From an uncultured delta proteobacterium (GTDB lineage: Bacteria > Desulfobacterota > Binatia > UBA9968): a stretch of DNA of 64,000 bases. The DNA is taken from NCBI GenBank assembly GCA_963745035.1, contig CAVUVW010000013.1, positions 992,001 through 1,056,000 of the forward strand. Direction: 5' to 3'. The translations under genes and the position numbers were made by a program. The notes below the pieces were generated by a model. The model ran no database searches. It saw only the letters and a program-made list of their open reading frames with translations, and was not told the origin of the DNA. Shown piece by piece: positions 30,961 to 42,511 of this stretch (positions within the stretch are counted from its first letter, which is position 1; each line of letters begins with the position of its first letter).

Positions 30961-33657
30961 TCAATTCTGCAGAAGCTGCCGCAGCACATATTCCAAAATG
31001 CCGCCGTGCCGGTAGTAGTCGAGCTCCGCCGGCGTATCGATGCGGCAGGTGACCTTGAACTCGGTGACTTTGCCGTCGTCCGCCGTCGCTTTCACGGTCA
31101 GCTCCTGGCGCAGCTTGAGGCCGGGGCCGATGCCGAGAATGTCGAACTTCTCAAACCCGGTGAGATTGTGCGTCTTGAGATTTTCTCCCGGCTTGAAGAC
31201 CAGCGGCACGATCCCCATGCCGATCAGGTTGCTGCGATGAATACGCTCGAAGCTCTCGGCGATGGCGGCCTTGATGCCGAGCAGGCGCGGCCCTTTGGCC
31301 GCCCAGTCGCGCGAGGAGCCGGTGCCGTACTCTTTGCCGGCGATGACGATCAGCGGCGTGCCTTCTTTCTGATATTGCATCGCCGCGTCGTAGATCGACA
31401 TCTGCTTTTTGTCGGGCAGATGCACCGTGACGCCGCCTTCGGTACCGGGCGCGAGAATATTTTTCAAGCGAATGTTGGCGAACGTGCCGCGCATCATCAC
31501 TTCGTGATTGCCGCGCCGCGCGCCGTACTGGTTGTAGTCTTTGGGCAGCACGTCGTGATTGGTTAGATAGCGCGCCGCCGGGCCGTTTTTCTCGATGGCG
31601 CCCGCCGGCGAAATATGGTCCGTGGTGACCGAATCGCCGAGCAGGGCGAGAACGCGCGCGCCGGTAATCGGCTGCGGCTCGCCGGGCGTCTTGCCCATGC
31701 CGTCGAAATAGGGCGCTTCACGCACGTAGGTCGACTGCGGATCCCACTGGAACAGTTCGCCTTCGGGCACCGGCATGCTCTTCCACTGCTCGTCGCCCTC
31801 GGTCGCCTTGCTGTATTCTTTATGAAACATCTCCTGGCGCACCGACTTGCGCATGGTCTCGTTGACCTCCTGGGGCGACGGCCAGATGTCTTTTAAATAA
31901 ACCGGCTTGCCCTGGGAATCGTTGCCCAGCGGATCGTTGTAGAGATCGACGTTCATGCTGCCGGCGAGGGCGTAAGCGACCACCAGCGGCGGCGAGGCGA
32001 GATAGTTGGCGCGCACGTTGGCGTGAATGCGCCCTTCGAAGTTGCGATTGCCGGAGAGCACGGCGGCGGCGACCAGATCGCCTTCTTGGATGCCGTTCAC
32101 CACCGGCTCGGGGAGCGGCCCGCTGTTACCGATACAGGTCGTGCAGCCGTAGCCGACCAGATGAAAGCCGAGCTTTTCCAAATAGGGCAGCAGGCCGCTG
32201 TCTTTCAGATATTCCGTGACGACCTTCGAGCCCGGGGCGAGACTGGTCTTCACCCAAGGTTTTCTCGTCAAGCCCTTCTCGGCGGCTTTTTTCGCCAGGA
32301 GCCCGGCGCCGATCAGCACCGACGGATTGGATGTATTGGTGCAGCTCGTGATCGCCGAGATCACCACCGAGCCGTGGCTGAGCTGGAATTTATCGCCGTT
32401 CATCTGCACCGCCACGCTCTTGTCGGCGGCGCCGCTCTTCATCAACGACGGCAGCGCTTCCTTAAAAGCCTTCTTGCTCTCCGTCAGCGGCACCCGGTCC
32501 TGCGGTCGTCGCGGCCCGGCGAGACTCGGCACGACGCTGCCGAGATCGAGCTCCAGCGTATCTGTGAATACCGGATCGGGCGATGCATCGGTGCGGAACA
32601 TGCCCTGTTCTTTGGTGTAGGCTTCGACCAGCTTGATGAGCGCGGGGTCGCGCCCAGTGAGATCGAGATAGCGCAAGGTCTCATCGTCGGGCGGAAAGTA
32701 GCCGATGGTCGCGCCGTATTCGGGCCCCATGTTGCCGATGGTGGCGCGGTCGGCGAGGCTCAAGCTCGACAATCCCGGACCGTAGAATTCCACGAATTTT
32801 TCGACGACGCCTTTTTTGCGCAGCATCTGCGTGACGGTCAGCACGAGATCGGTCGCGGTCGCGCCCTCGGGCAGCCTGCCGTGCAATTTAAACCCGATCA
32901 CCTCCGGCGTGACCATGATGATCGGCTGGCCGAGCAGCGCCGCTTCGGCCTCGATGCCGCCGACGCCCCAGCCGACCACGCCCAAGCCGTTGATCATCGT
33001 CGTGTGCGAGTCGGTGCCGACGACCGTGTCGGGATAGGCGAAATGGGCGCCGTCTTTCCTGGCGCTGAAACACTACCGGCGCGAGATATTCGAGATTGAC
33101 CTGATGGCAGATGCCGGTGTCGGGCGGGATCAGGCGGAAGTTGTCGAACGCCGTCTGGCCCCAGCGCAAAAAGGCGTAACGCTCGACGTTGCGCTCGAAC
33201 TCTATCTGGGAGTTTTTGTGAAACGCGTCCGCCGTGCCGAAGTAATCGACCTGCACCGAGTGATCGATGACCAGATCTACCGGCGCCAGCGGATTGATTT
33301 TTTTCGGGTCGCCGCCGAGCCGCTTCATCGCTTCCCGCATCACCGCGAGATCCACCACCGCCGGCACGCCGGTCAAATCCTGCATCAACACCCGCGCCGG
33401 CATGAAAGCGATTTCTTTCTCCTGCTTGGCTTTTGCGTCCCAGTTGGCCAATCCTTCGATGTCGGCCTTGTTGACGTGGTGGTTGTCTTCCTGGCGCAGT
33501 AAATTCTCCGAGAAGTACTTTGAGCGAAACCGGCAGGCGCGAAACGTTTTTGAAACCCGCCTTCTCCAGGCGATCGAGCCGGAAAATATCGTAGCTCTCG
33601 ATTTCCGACTTTCAGCACTTGTCGCGTGCCGAAACTATCCACGTACTTCTGTGCCAT
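30961..33657 (-). CDS. acnA: Aconitate hydratase A (frameshifts near 33050 and 33500-33600)
   Basis: [56 protein letters not shown]. Confidence 0.96.
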
Positions 33658-33746
33658 TGAGTGCTCCTTAAATAAGGTATAGGGAGGTTGTCTATTTTGT
33701 AGCGAGGGCGGCGAGATAAAGCAACCGCTTCGCGGACACCTGTCGC

Positions 33747-33775
33747 TTGACAAGTTCCCGGCGCAACAACACAAT
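33747..33775 (+). promoter_or_regulatory. Candidate sigma70 promoter
   Basis: TTGACA-N17-CACAAT upstream of the binding-protein gene at 33850. Confidence 0.45.
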
Positions 33776-33849
33776 CGGCGCATGTTTATCGGCGTCGTCG
33801 CCTAAGCAAAATCTATCCACAACGGCCGGCTCAAAGGAAGGAAACTGAT

Positions 33850-34848
33850 ATGACTAGGAAGAGTACTGCAATCTGGATTGTCCTCTCGTTGGCGGCGGCG
33901 TTTTTTTGGAGTAGCCCCGTGAATGCCCAGCTGACGAAGATCAACATCGGCTACAGCGCGATCAGCGGCGATGCCCTACCCGCCTGGGTCGCCAAGGATG
34001 CCGGGATCTTTGAGAAGAACGGGCTCGATGTTCAGCTGGTGTTTTTTTCCGGTGGTACGACGGCGGTAATGGCCCTGGTATCAGCCGACACGCCAATCGC
34101 TCAATTGGCCGGTCCGGCTGTCGTGAACTCCGTCATGGCCGGCTCTGACGCAACCCTCATCGTGGGCGGCGTCACGTCACTCAATTATTACCTCTTGTCT
34201 CGCCCTGAAATAAAAACACCGGAGCAACTCAAAGGCGGCTCGGTGGCGATCAGCCGCTTCGGCTCGTCTTCCGATTTTATCGCGCGCTACGCGCTGTCAA
34301 AGATCGGCTTGAATCCCGGGAAAGACGTGACCATCGTGCAGATCGGCAGCACCACGGCGCGGGTGGATGCCGCGCTCACCGGGCGGGTGCAAGCGACGGT
34401 TGTTCAACCCCCGGCGAGTATCATCGCGCAGAAGCGCGGCATGAATGTATTGGCCGACCTGCCCAAGCTCGGACTTGTTTACCAGCACACCTCCGCGGCG
34501 ACGACCAAGAAGTATATACGCGAGCATCCGGACATCGTCAGGCGCTACGTCAAATCACAGATAGAAGCCGTGCATCGCATCTACACCGACAAAAATGCTG
34601 CCATTAAGGCGCTGGCTAGATTTATCGGCCAGAACCTCGACCGCGACGTTTTGGAGAAGACCTGGGAGAACCTGCTGAACGAATCGGTCTTACCCAGAAA
34701 GCAATATCCGTCCGCGGAAGGATTGAAAACCATTCTGGCGAGCGAACCCAAGGGAAAATCGTTCAAGCCGGAAGACTTCTTCGATGCGACTTTCGTGAGA
34801 GAATTCGATCAGAGCGGTTTTACCGACGGGCTTTACAAAAAGCGCTGA
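33850..34848 (+). CDS. ABC substrate-binding protein, SsuA/NMT1 family
   Basis: Signal peptide; GIFEKNGLDVQLV, LKGGSVAISRFGSSSD, GRVQA. Confidence 0.88.
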   Translation: MTRKSTAIWIVLSLAAAFFWSSPVNAQLTKINIGYSAISGDALPAWVAKDAGIFEKNGLDVQLVFFSGGTTAVMALVSADTPIAQLAGPAVVNSVMAGSDATLIVGGVTSLNYYLLSRPEIKTPEQLKGGSVAISRFGSSSDFIARYALSKIGLNPGKDVTIVQIGSTTARVDAALTGRVQATVVQPPASIIAQKRGMNVLADLPKLGLVYQHTSAATTKKYIREHPDIVRRYVKSQIEAVHRIYTDKNAAIKALARFIGQNLDRDVLEKTWENLLNESVLPRKQYPSAEGLKTILASEPKGKSFKPEDFFDATFVREFDQSGFTDGLYKKR

Positions 34849-34932
34849 GCGTTCAGCACGAATGATTCATGGCTTACGCACGCCCACAGATAACGAAAAT
34901 AGGGAGTTTCAACGGCACGAGTCTCCCACTAC

Positions 34933-35006
34933 TCGTATTCCCGCAAAGCGGGAATCCAGGTTTGTCTCGGTCCAATAGCCTGGATACCCGCTTTCGCGGT
35001 AGACGG
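34933..35006. repeat. REP/dRS3-like palindromic element, copy A
   Basis: ATTCCCGCAAAGCGGGAATCCAG...CTGGATACCCGCTTTCGCGG; similar to the copy at 62881. Confidence 0.8.
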
Positions 35007-35145
35007 AAACGCTGTGCTTTCTCGGTATTCCGGGTTCGATTCTATAGCTCTTCAGCACGGCATTTTGAACGAGACGCGAAGGTCAAAGGTTGTTGTATCC
35101 GCGACTTCTCGATCTTCGTGCTTTCGTGGTGAAACACAGTCTTCA

Positions 35146-36153
35146 TCACTTATTTTTCAACTTCAGCCGCTCCACCGCCTTCTGCACAAACGACGGATCG
35201 AGAAATGGTTTAGCATCGCGGTTCTTGATTCCTTGCGGATTGAAGCGCTCGTGAAAGCCCGTGATCATGCTCTCGATGCCCGCTTGCCACGGCAGCGGCA
35301 CACCGCCGATCGCCTCGTACTGTCTTGAGTACTCCTCGTAGGTTCGCTCCAGCAGCACGGGATCTTTCTGCCGGGTCAACTCCGTGATCGCGCGATACGC
35401 GATCGGCTTGTTGGTGCGAAATATGTGCATGCCCTCGACCAGCGCCGTCATGTAATCTTCGATCACTTTGCGATTACGATCGCGAAAAGCTCGATTGATC
35501 GTGTGCGGCACACCGGCATACGGCATCTTGAGATCGAGAAAATTCACCAGCTCGCGATAGCCGGCTTTCTCGAGCTCATATTCATTGGGCGGATTGACCG
35601 TCACGCCGTCGATGAGGCCCTGCTTGATCGCCGCCACACGGCTCGGAATGCCGCCGGCCAGATAGACGAACTGCACGTCCTTGCCCGGCGTAAGTTTTAG
35701 CCTTTCGAGATAGAGAATGGTCGCGTACTCGTCCAATCCCGCTCGTCCTACGCCAAGCTTCTTGCCTTTCAAATCCGCTGCCGTCTGAATCGAGCTATTC
35801 ACCATCAACCGCAACGGTACGTAGCGCGTTTCGGTCGCGATCACAGTCAGATCGAAGCCGCCGGTGGCGATCGCCCGCGACACTGCCGTTCCGCCGCCGT
35901 AGAGGACTTGAATATTGCCGCTCGCCAGCGCCGGCATGTAGGTCGATGCGCCCTGCATCAGCACCATCTCGACGTCGAGATCGTACTTGGCGAAAATACC
36001 TTCGCGCCGCGCGATCCAGCCGGGACAAAAAGTTGCCGCCGGCGAAGCGTATGCGACCACGAGCTTGGTCGTTTCTCCGTAGACGAATTGAACCGTTACT
36101 ATAAGCGCAGCGAGTAGAACCGAGGTGAATGTCGATGTTCTTTTCACTTTCAC
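35146..36153 (-). CDS. ABC substrate-binding protein, SsuA/NMT1 family
   Basis: Signal peptide; GIFAKYDLDVEMV, DLKGKKLGV. Confidence 0.88.
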   Translation of the reverse strand: MKVKRTSTFTSVLLAALIVTVQFVYGETTKLVVAYASPAATFCPGWIARREGIFAKYDLDVEMVLMQGASTYMPALASGNIQVLYGGGTAVSRAIATGGFDLTVIATETRYVPLRLMVNSSIQTAADLKGKKLGVGRAGLDEYATILYLERLKLTPGKDVQFVYLAGGIPSRVAAIKQGLIDGVTVNPPNEYELEKAGYRELVNFLDLKMPYAGVPHTINRAFRDRNRKVIEDYMTALVEGMHIFRTNKPIAYRAITELTRQKDPVLLERTYEEYSRQYEAIGGVPLPWQAGIESMITGFHERFNPQGIKNRDAKPFLDPSFVQKAVERLKLKNK

Positions 36154-36206
36154 GCCTCCGCGCCAAAACTAATCCAAACACAAAATGAATGTCCAGTAGA
36201 AATGTT

Positions 36207-36283
36207 TCGTCAGTCCCGCACGTTTTACTCGGGGGTCCCACCACGATTAACCTGGATTCCCGCTTAGATCATGCGGGAATGAC
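36207..36283. repeat. REP/dRS3-like palindromic element, degenerate copy B
   Basis: CTGGATTCCCGC-TTAGATCAT-GCGGGAATGAC with a degenerate left arm. Confidence 0.65.
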
Positions 36284-36428
36284 AAAGTTCGGAGGCAGCA
36301 ATTGAATGAACACTTCCCGCGTGAGACGTTCCTTGACTGATCGATCGACAGTCGAGTACGTTGGCGGCATGAAGGCGATGACCAGTCTCGATTGATTTTG
36401 CATAAACCGTCGCGAGAGGGATCAGCCC

Positions 36429-37886
36429 ATGCCAAAGACGATTACGATCAGCCGGCGCAATTTTCTCGAAGCCGTCGCTGCCCTGAGCTCGCTCGGCGCA
36501 GCCGCCTGCGCTGCCGGCCCACAGCAAACGATAAAAATGTCTGCGGCGGATCGCAAAGCGGGTAAGCTTCCGTCGCGCGGCGAGTTTGTCGTCCGCAACG
36601 CATATGTCGTCACCATGGACGCGCAATTGGGCGACCTACCCAACGGCGACGTGCACGTGCGCAACGGCGCTCTCGTTGCCGTCGGACCCAATCTGAGCGC
36701 GCCGGGAGCCGACATCATCGACGGCCGCAATCGCATCGTGCTGCCCGGCTTTGTCGATACTCATTTCCATCTTTGGGGGAGCTTCGCCCGCGGCGTCGTG
36801 GCCGACGGCGACTTCGATTATTTTCCCGTCATGAGCCGCCTCGGTCCGGTGATGACGCCCGAGGATGCCTACAACAGCGCGCGGCTAGGCATTGCCGAGG
36901 CGATCAACTCGGGCCTCACGACGATTCACGATTGGTCGCACAATATTATTTCGGCGCCCTATGCCGACGCCGACTTGCGCGCGCTCCGCGATTGCGGCAT
37001 CCGCGCGCGCTTTTCCTACGGCTACAGCCGCAATTTGCAGCAAAAGCCCAAAGAGACCGTCGATTTCAACGACATCGCGCGGGTGAAGCGGGAATGGTTC
37101 GGCGCATCGAATGATGGCCTGCTGACCATGGGCTTCGCGTCGCGCGGCGCCGGCGACACGCCGCCCGAGGTCTATCGGAAGGAATGGGAATATGCCCGCA
37201 GCCAAGGATTGCCGATCACCCAGCACGCCGGCCGCTCGCTTGCCGAGATCAAAAGATTTCGCCGCATCGAGATGCTCTACAAAGACAGATTGCTCGGGCC
37301 GGACGTCCAGCTCATCCATACCTACAGCGCCTCGGCCGAAGAGCGCGGCATGATCGCCGAGACCAACACACACGTGAGCATCGCGCCGTTCACCGCGTCG
37401 CGCCTGGCATCGGGCCTGCCCTATCTCGGCGATCTCTTGAAGCGCGGCGTGCAATGCAGCTTGTCGGTGGATACCACCACGGTCGGCGGCAACGCCGAGA
37501 TGTTCGGCATCATGCGCCTCATGCTGCAACTCAATCATCTGCGCTCGATGAATGTCATGGAAGTGCAGCCGCGGAGAATTTTGGAGCTCGCCACCCTCGA
37601 CGGCGCGAAAGATCTCGGCATCGCCGATCGGGTCGGCTCGCTCACGCCGGGCAAGCGCGCCGATTTGATTCTGGTTCGAACCGACGACTTGAACGTGGCG
37701 CCGTTTATCAATCCATCGCTGCTGCTGGTCCAACAGGCGCAGCCTTACAACGTCGATACCGTAATTATCGATGGACGCATTCTCAAGCACAAAGGCGAGC
37801 TGGTCGCGTTGGACACCGAGGAAATTATCCATAAGGCCGCCGAATCTTTTCACGCCGCGCGCAAACGGGCGGGCGGTCCATACTAA
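36429..37886 (+). CDS. Tat-exported amidohydrolase (SAH/MTA deaminase-like)
   Basis: SRRNFL twin-Arg signal; PGFVDTHFH, ITQHAG, LIHT, SVD, GSLTPGKRADL. Confidence 0.85.
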   Translation: MPKTITISRRNFLEAVAALSSLGAAACAAGPQQTIKMSAADRKAGKLPSRGEFVVRNAYVVTMDAQLGDLPNGDVHVRNGALVAVGPNLSAPGADIIDGRNRIVLPGFVDTHFHLWGSFARGVVADGDFDYFPVMSRLGPVMTPEDAYNSARLGIAEAINSGLTTIHDWSHNIISAPYADADLRALRDCGIRARFSYGYSRNLQQKPKETVDFNDIARVKREWFGASNDGLLTMGFASRGAGDTPPEVYRKEWEYARSQGLPITQHAGRSLAEIKRFRRIEMLYKDRLLGPDVQLIHTYSASAEERGMIAETNTHVSIAPFTASRLASGLPYLGDLLKRGVQCSLSVDTTTVGGNAEMFGIMRLMLQLNHLRSMNVMEVQPRRILELATLDGAKDLGIADRVGSLTPGKRADLILVRTDDLNVAPFINPSLLLVQQAQPYNVDTVIIDGRILKHKGELVALDTEEIIHKAAESFHAARKRAGGPY

Positions 37887-37933
37887 TGTGCGCCGGTTCC
37901 AATAGGCAATCGTAGTCGTTTCAGGAGCACTCC

Positions 37934-38890
37934 ATGAAAACGCTTAGTCAGTTCTGGCATCCGGTTTTATGGTCCAAAGAAGTCACCGACAAACCCGTTG
38001 CGGTAAAGCTGCTCGATCAGCCGCTTGTGCTCTGGCGCGCCAATGGAAACGTGTCGGCATTTTACGATCTCTGCATCCATCGCGGCGCGGCGCTTTCGCT
38101 GGGCTGGGTGGACGGCGATCAGTTAGTTTGCGGATATCACGGTTGGAACTACGCCGCGGACGGCAGTTGCACGCGCATACCCTCGTTGCCGCCGGATCGG
38201 GAGATCCCCACCAAGGCGCGCGCGAAGGCTTATCGCGTCCAGGAGCGCTACGGTTTGGTCTGGGTCTGTCTCGACGAACCGCGCCAGGATATTCCGCAGT
38301 TTCCGCCCGAGTTCGGCGACCCGAGCTTCAACTGGGAACCTTACACGTCGGAAGGCCAGTGGCGCGCCAACGCCGCGCGCATGATCGAAAACCTCGCCGA
38401 CTTCTCTCATTTTCCATGGGTTCATGCCGGCATCCTCGGCGACCGCGATCGGCCCGAGTCGCCGGTGATCGACCTCGCCGAGATAGATGGCGGTTTCCAA
38501 TACGAGATCGATACGCCGGTGAACAAATTTCGCCAGGACAGCGTCGCTAAACAATTGTATACCGTCATTCTGCCGTTCATGGTGACGATCCAACGGCGCC
38601 AGCCGGGAAGCATCGAGCGGCATACCAATATTTATCTGTGCACCCCGGTGTCGAATAACGAAACCAAATTTTATCGGCTCGCCGGACGCAACTATCGCGA
38701 CGAGAAAACCGACGAGCAACTGAACGCCCGGCATCGGCAAATTTTCGAACAAGACAAGCGCATCGTCGAATCCCAACGCCCTGAAGAGCTTCCACTCGAT
38801 CTCGCCGAGGAACTGCATTTGCGCGGCCCCGACACCCCTGCCGTCGAGTATCGCAGGCGCCTCAAGCAGATGGGAATTGAATGGTTATGA
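37934..38890 (+). CDS. Rieske non-heme iron oxygenase, VanA/demethylase-like
   Basis: CIHRG...CGYHGW Rieske motif; ENLADFSHFPWVH and EQD mononuclear Fe ligands. Confidence 0.92.
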   Translation: MKTLSQFWHPVLWSKEVTDKPVAVKLLDQPLVLWRANGNVSAFYDLCIHRGAALSLGWVDGDQLVCGYHGWNYAADGSCTRIPSLPPDREIPTKARAKAYRVQERYGLVWVCLDEPRQDIPQFPPEFGDPSFNWEPYTSEGQWRANAARMIENLADFSHFPWVHAGILGDRDRPESPVIDLAEIDGGFQYEIDTPVNKFRQDSVAKQLYTVILPFMVTIQRRQPGSIERHTNIYLCTPVSNNETKFYRLAGRNYRDEKTDEQLNARHRQIFEQDKRIVESQRPEELPLDLAEELHLRGPDTPAVEYRRRLKQMGIEWL

Positions 38891-38901
38891 TCTCAACTCA
38901 A

Positions 38902-38963
38902 GCGTTCAACCCCCTCCGTTCAAAACGTTTTGAACGACTTGAACTGCTTGAACGTTTTGAACT
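38902..38963. repeat. 9-bp tandem repeats (TTGAACnnn x4) with upstream inverted GTTCAA units
   Basis: ttgaacgac ttgaactgc ttgaacgtt ttgaact preceded by gttcaac and gttcaaa. Confidence 0.75.
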
Positions 38964-38979
38964 CTATCATTGAGGAAGC

Positions 38980-40498
38980 ATGCCTGATCATTACGATGTC
39001 ATTGTCGCCGGCGGCGGTTCGGCTGGCTGCGTGATCGCGTCGCGTCTTTCGGAAGACCCGAAACGAAAAGTGTTGTTGCTCGAAGCGGGTCCCGATCCGC
39101 AGCCGATTCCGGAAACCGTTGCCGATGCCGAAAAGGCCACTAACGTGCTGCTCGAGAGCCCTTACATTCTGATGTATCCAACCAAGCGCAACTACGACGA
39201 CAGCGAGTTTTACTCGCTCGCGGGCAGGATCATGGGCGGCGGCTCGTCGGTCAATATGATGTCGATTCCCCGGCCGATCAAAGCCGACATGGATGCGTGG
39301 GCAGCTCGCGGGAATCCTGAGTGGACTTGGGACAAAGTATTGCCCGTACTGAGGCGCATCGAAGCCGATCAGGACTTTCCGCAAAGTCCGATTCACGGCG
39401 ACCAGGGACCGATTTACGTCAAGCGCAAGCATGTCTTCGACACGCCTCTGAGCGGAACCGAACAAGCGTTGCTCGACACCGTGACCAAGCTTGGCCTGCC
39501 GCGCTTCGACGATCAAAATGAAGCCAATCCTCACGGCATCGCGCCGACGGCGCGCAATATCAAAGACGGCAAACGACAGTCCTCCGCCGTTGCCTATCTC
39601 GGCCCCGCGCGGAGCCGTCCAAATCTCAAGATCATCGGCGCGGCGCAAGTCTCCAAGCTGATGGTGCGCGGCAAGAAAATCGAAAGCGTTCGTTATCAAA
39701 AAGATGGCAACGAACACATCGCCACGGCGGACAATGTCGTTCTCAGCGCCGGGGTTTATCACTCGCCGCAGATTCTCATGCTGTCGGGCATCGGCCCCGG
39801 CGAGGAGCTCGAGCGTCATCATATTCCCGTCGTGCACCGGCTCGACGGCGTCGGCGAGAATTATCAAGATCATCCTGTCGTCACGATGACGCTGAAAGCA
39901 AAGACCGACCGGACAGCGATCAGACGCGCGCAGCCGCTCGACGCTCAAGCTCTATTTCAAAAGCGATCCGGCGCGCGACTTTATAGACTTTCATATCATC
40001 CTGCGCGACATCACCAGCGTATCGGGTATCGGCGACATGATCGGGTTTTCCTGTCACTTGCTGGAGCAAAGCAATCGCGGCCGATTGACGTTGCAAAGCT
40101 CGAATCCGGCCGACTTGCCGGTCATCGATCCGCAGATGCTGGAGCACCCAAAGGATATCCAGGCGATGCTCGCGGCGATGAAATTCGTGCAGCGCCTTGC
40201 CGCGACCGCACCGATGAGCGATTACTGCGGCGAGTTGTTTTCGCCGAGCCCGGCCGAGGATTGGGTGAAGTTCGCCCGATCGACCTACACGAGCTATTTT
40301 CACGGCGTCGGCACCTGCAAAATGGGACCGGCCTCTGACCCTATGGCTGTCGTCGACCAGCACCTGCGCGTGCACGGCATGGAAAATCTCTGGATCGGCG
40401 ATGCGTCGATTATGCCGACCGTCGCGCATGCCAACACGAATCTCACGAGTATGATGATCGGCGAACGCGCCGCCGACTTCATTAGAGAAGCTTCGTAA
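38980..40498 (+). CDS. GMC family flavoprotein oxidoreductase (frameshift near 39920)
   Basis: GGGSAG, GGGSSVN, SPQILMLSGIG, GENYQDH; FHGVGTCKMG, DASIMP, ANTN in second frame. Confidence 0.92.
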
Positions 40499-40515
40499 CA
40501 GCCGCGCGACCAATC

Positions 40516-40974
40516 GTGAGAAAAGAGCTGGCCATTTCCGGCTTCTGGCTGATCCTCTCGCTTTATCTGGCCATCGAGTCCTATCGGCTCGGCCTGAGCA
40601 CCGGCAATCGCCCCGGTCCGGGTTTCTTTCCATTCGGCGCGGCGGCTGCCATCGGAGTCATCACCGGTTTCCATTTGGTGAAGAATTTTCGCCAAGGTTC
40701 ATCAACCGAAGATTCCGAAGCCGGCGGCACCGGCGAGGTGCCTTTGGTTCTTGCCGTCCTCGCCGGAATGGTGGCTTATGTGCTCTTGCTCGATGTTCTT
40801 GGTTTTCTCCTCTGCACCTTTTTACTTCTCGCCTTCTACCTGAAGGTGATTGCCGCGCGGTCATGGCGCATGAGCGCGACCTTTGCCGCCACGGTCGCGC
40901 TGATGTCCCACCTCTGCTTCGACGTCTTGTTGAACGCCCAACTGCCCCGAGGCTTGCTCGGTTGGTTCCATTAG
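40516..40974 (+). CDS. tctB: Tripartite tricarboxylate transporter small permease TctB
   Basis: PGPGFFP, 4 TM, LP.G end. Confidence 0.88.
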   Translation: MRKELAISGFWLILSLYLAIESYRLGLSTGNRPGPGFFPFGAAAAIGVITGFHLVKNFRQGSSTEDSEAGGTGEVPLVLAVLAGMVAYVLLLDVLGFLLCTFLLLAFYLKVIAARSWRMSATFAATVALMSHLCFDVLLNAQLPRGLLGWFH

Positions 40975-40984
40975 GGCAGCAATC

Positions 40985-42490
40985 GTGGAAACCCTCGGCT
41001 CGCTTTTCCAGGGCATCTTCGCCGCCGCCGCGCCGCTCAATCTATTGTATGGATTCGCCGGCGTTTTGCTGGGTACCCTGGTCGGCGTGCTTCCCGGTCT
41101 CGGTCCGGCCGGCGCCATCGCGCTGCTTTTGCCTCTAGCGTTGCACGCGCCGCCTCTTGCTTATCTCATCATGCTGTTCGGCATCACCTACGGCGCGCAA
41201 TACGGCGGCTCCACCACCTCGATTCTGGTCAATATTCCCGGCGAAGCTTCTTCGGTCATCACCGGGCTCGACGGTTACGCCATGGCGCGCCAGGGACGCG
41301 CCGGCCCGGCGCTCGGCATGGCCGCGTTCGGATCTTTTATCGGCGGCACAGCCGCGCTTTTCGGCGTGGCATTTTTGGCGCCGGCGCTCGCCGAACTCGG
41401 TCTGCGCTTCGGTCCGCCGGAATATGCCGCTCTCATGCTGTTCGGTTTGACCGCGCTGGTTTACCTGGCGCGCGGACCGATGGACAAAGCCATCATGATG
41501 GCGCTGCTCGGCGCCATTCTCGCCAGCGTCGGCCTGGACCCCGTAACCGGTCAGCCGCGCTTCACTTTCGACATGCTGGTGCTGCGCGACGGCGTTGGCC
41601 TGACGCCTGTGGTCATCGGACTCTTCGGAGTATCGGAAGTCCTAGTCAACTTGCGTGCCCAAGCGAGCGCAGTGTTTCAAAAAAAAATAAAGGGCTTGCT
41701 GCCGACGCGGCAGGATTGGAACGATTCCATCCTGCCGATCACGCGCGGCACCCTCCTGGGATTCTTGATCGGCGCGATTCCCGGTCTAAACGTCGTCATC
41801 GCAACCTTTGCCGCCTACGCGGTCGAAAAAAAATTATCCAAGCATCCGGAGAAATTCGGCCAGGGCGCCATCGAAGGCGTGGCTGCGCCGGAGACTGCCA
41901 ACAATGCCGCAAGCTGCAGCGGCTGGATCCCGCTGCTGAGCCTGGGCTTGCCGACCGGCTCGGTGACTTCGCTGATCTTCGGCGCGCTGATGATCCAGGG
42001 CCTCGCTCCGGGACCGTTGTTCATCAAGAATTCGCCGGAAATTTTCTGGGGTGTTCTCGGCAGCATGGTCATCGGCAATGCCATGCTGCTCATTCTCAAT
42101 CTGCCGTTGATAGGTCTCTGGATCAAAGTGCTGCAAGTTCCGTATTTCTTTCTTTTTCCCTTGATCATTCTGTTCAGCATCGTCGGCGCCTATGCCGCGG
42201 CCGGAAACATCGGCGACGTCGTGATCATGATAATCTTCGGCTGGGTCGGCTATCTCATGAAAAAATTTGCCTACGAGCCCGCGCCAATGGTACTGGGATT
42301 GGTGATCGGTCCGCTGCTCGAGACCGCGATTCGCCGTTCGCTGATCATGTCCAAGGGCGACGCGGCAATTTTCTTTCAAAGGCCGATCGCGGCGGTTTTC
42401 ATGGCTGCGGCTCTGCTGATGTTGTTGAGCCCGTTGTTCATGCGCCGCCGTTTGGGGCACGAAATCATTGAACGAGTGGAAGAACAGTGA
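40985..42490 (+). CDS. tctA: Tripartite tricarboxylate transporter large permease TctA
   Basis: GVLPGLG, YGGSTTSILVNIPGE, DGYAMARQG, GVAAPETANNA. Confidence 0.95.
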   Translation: METLGSLFQGIFAAAAPLNLLYGFAGVLLGTLVGVLPGLGPAGAIALLLPLALHAPPLAYLIMLFGITYGAQYGGSTTSILVNIPGEASSVITGLDGYAMARQGRAGPALGMAAFGSFIGGTAALFGVAFLAPALAELGLRFGPPEYAALMLFGLTALVYLARGPMDKAIMMALLGAILASVGLDPVTGQPRFTFDMLVLRDGVGLTPVVIGLFGVSEVLVNLRAQASAVFQKKIKGLLPTRQDWNDSILPITRGTLLGFLIGAIPGLNVVIATFAAYAVEKKLSKHPEKFGQGAIEGVAAPETANNAASCSGWIPLLSLGLPTGSVTSLIFGALMIQGLAPGPLFIKNSPEIFWGVLGSMVIGNAMLLILNLPLIGLWIKVLQVPYFFLFPLIILFSIVGAYAAAGNIGDVVIMIIFGWVGYLMKKFAYEPAPMVLGLVIGPLLETAIRRSLIMSKGDAAIFFQRPIAAVFMAAALLMLLSPLFMRRRLGHEIIERVEEQ

Positions 42491-42511
42491 GCGGAGATCC
42501 GGGGAGGAATC

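Noticed and set aside
38902-38963. CRISPR-like array
   Set aside because: Units are 9 bp with no unique spacers, and no cas genes are present.
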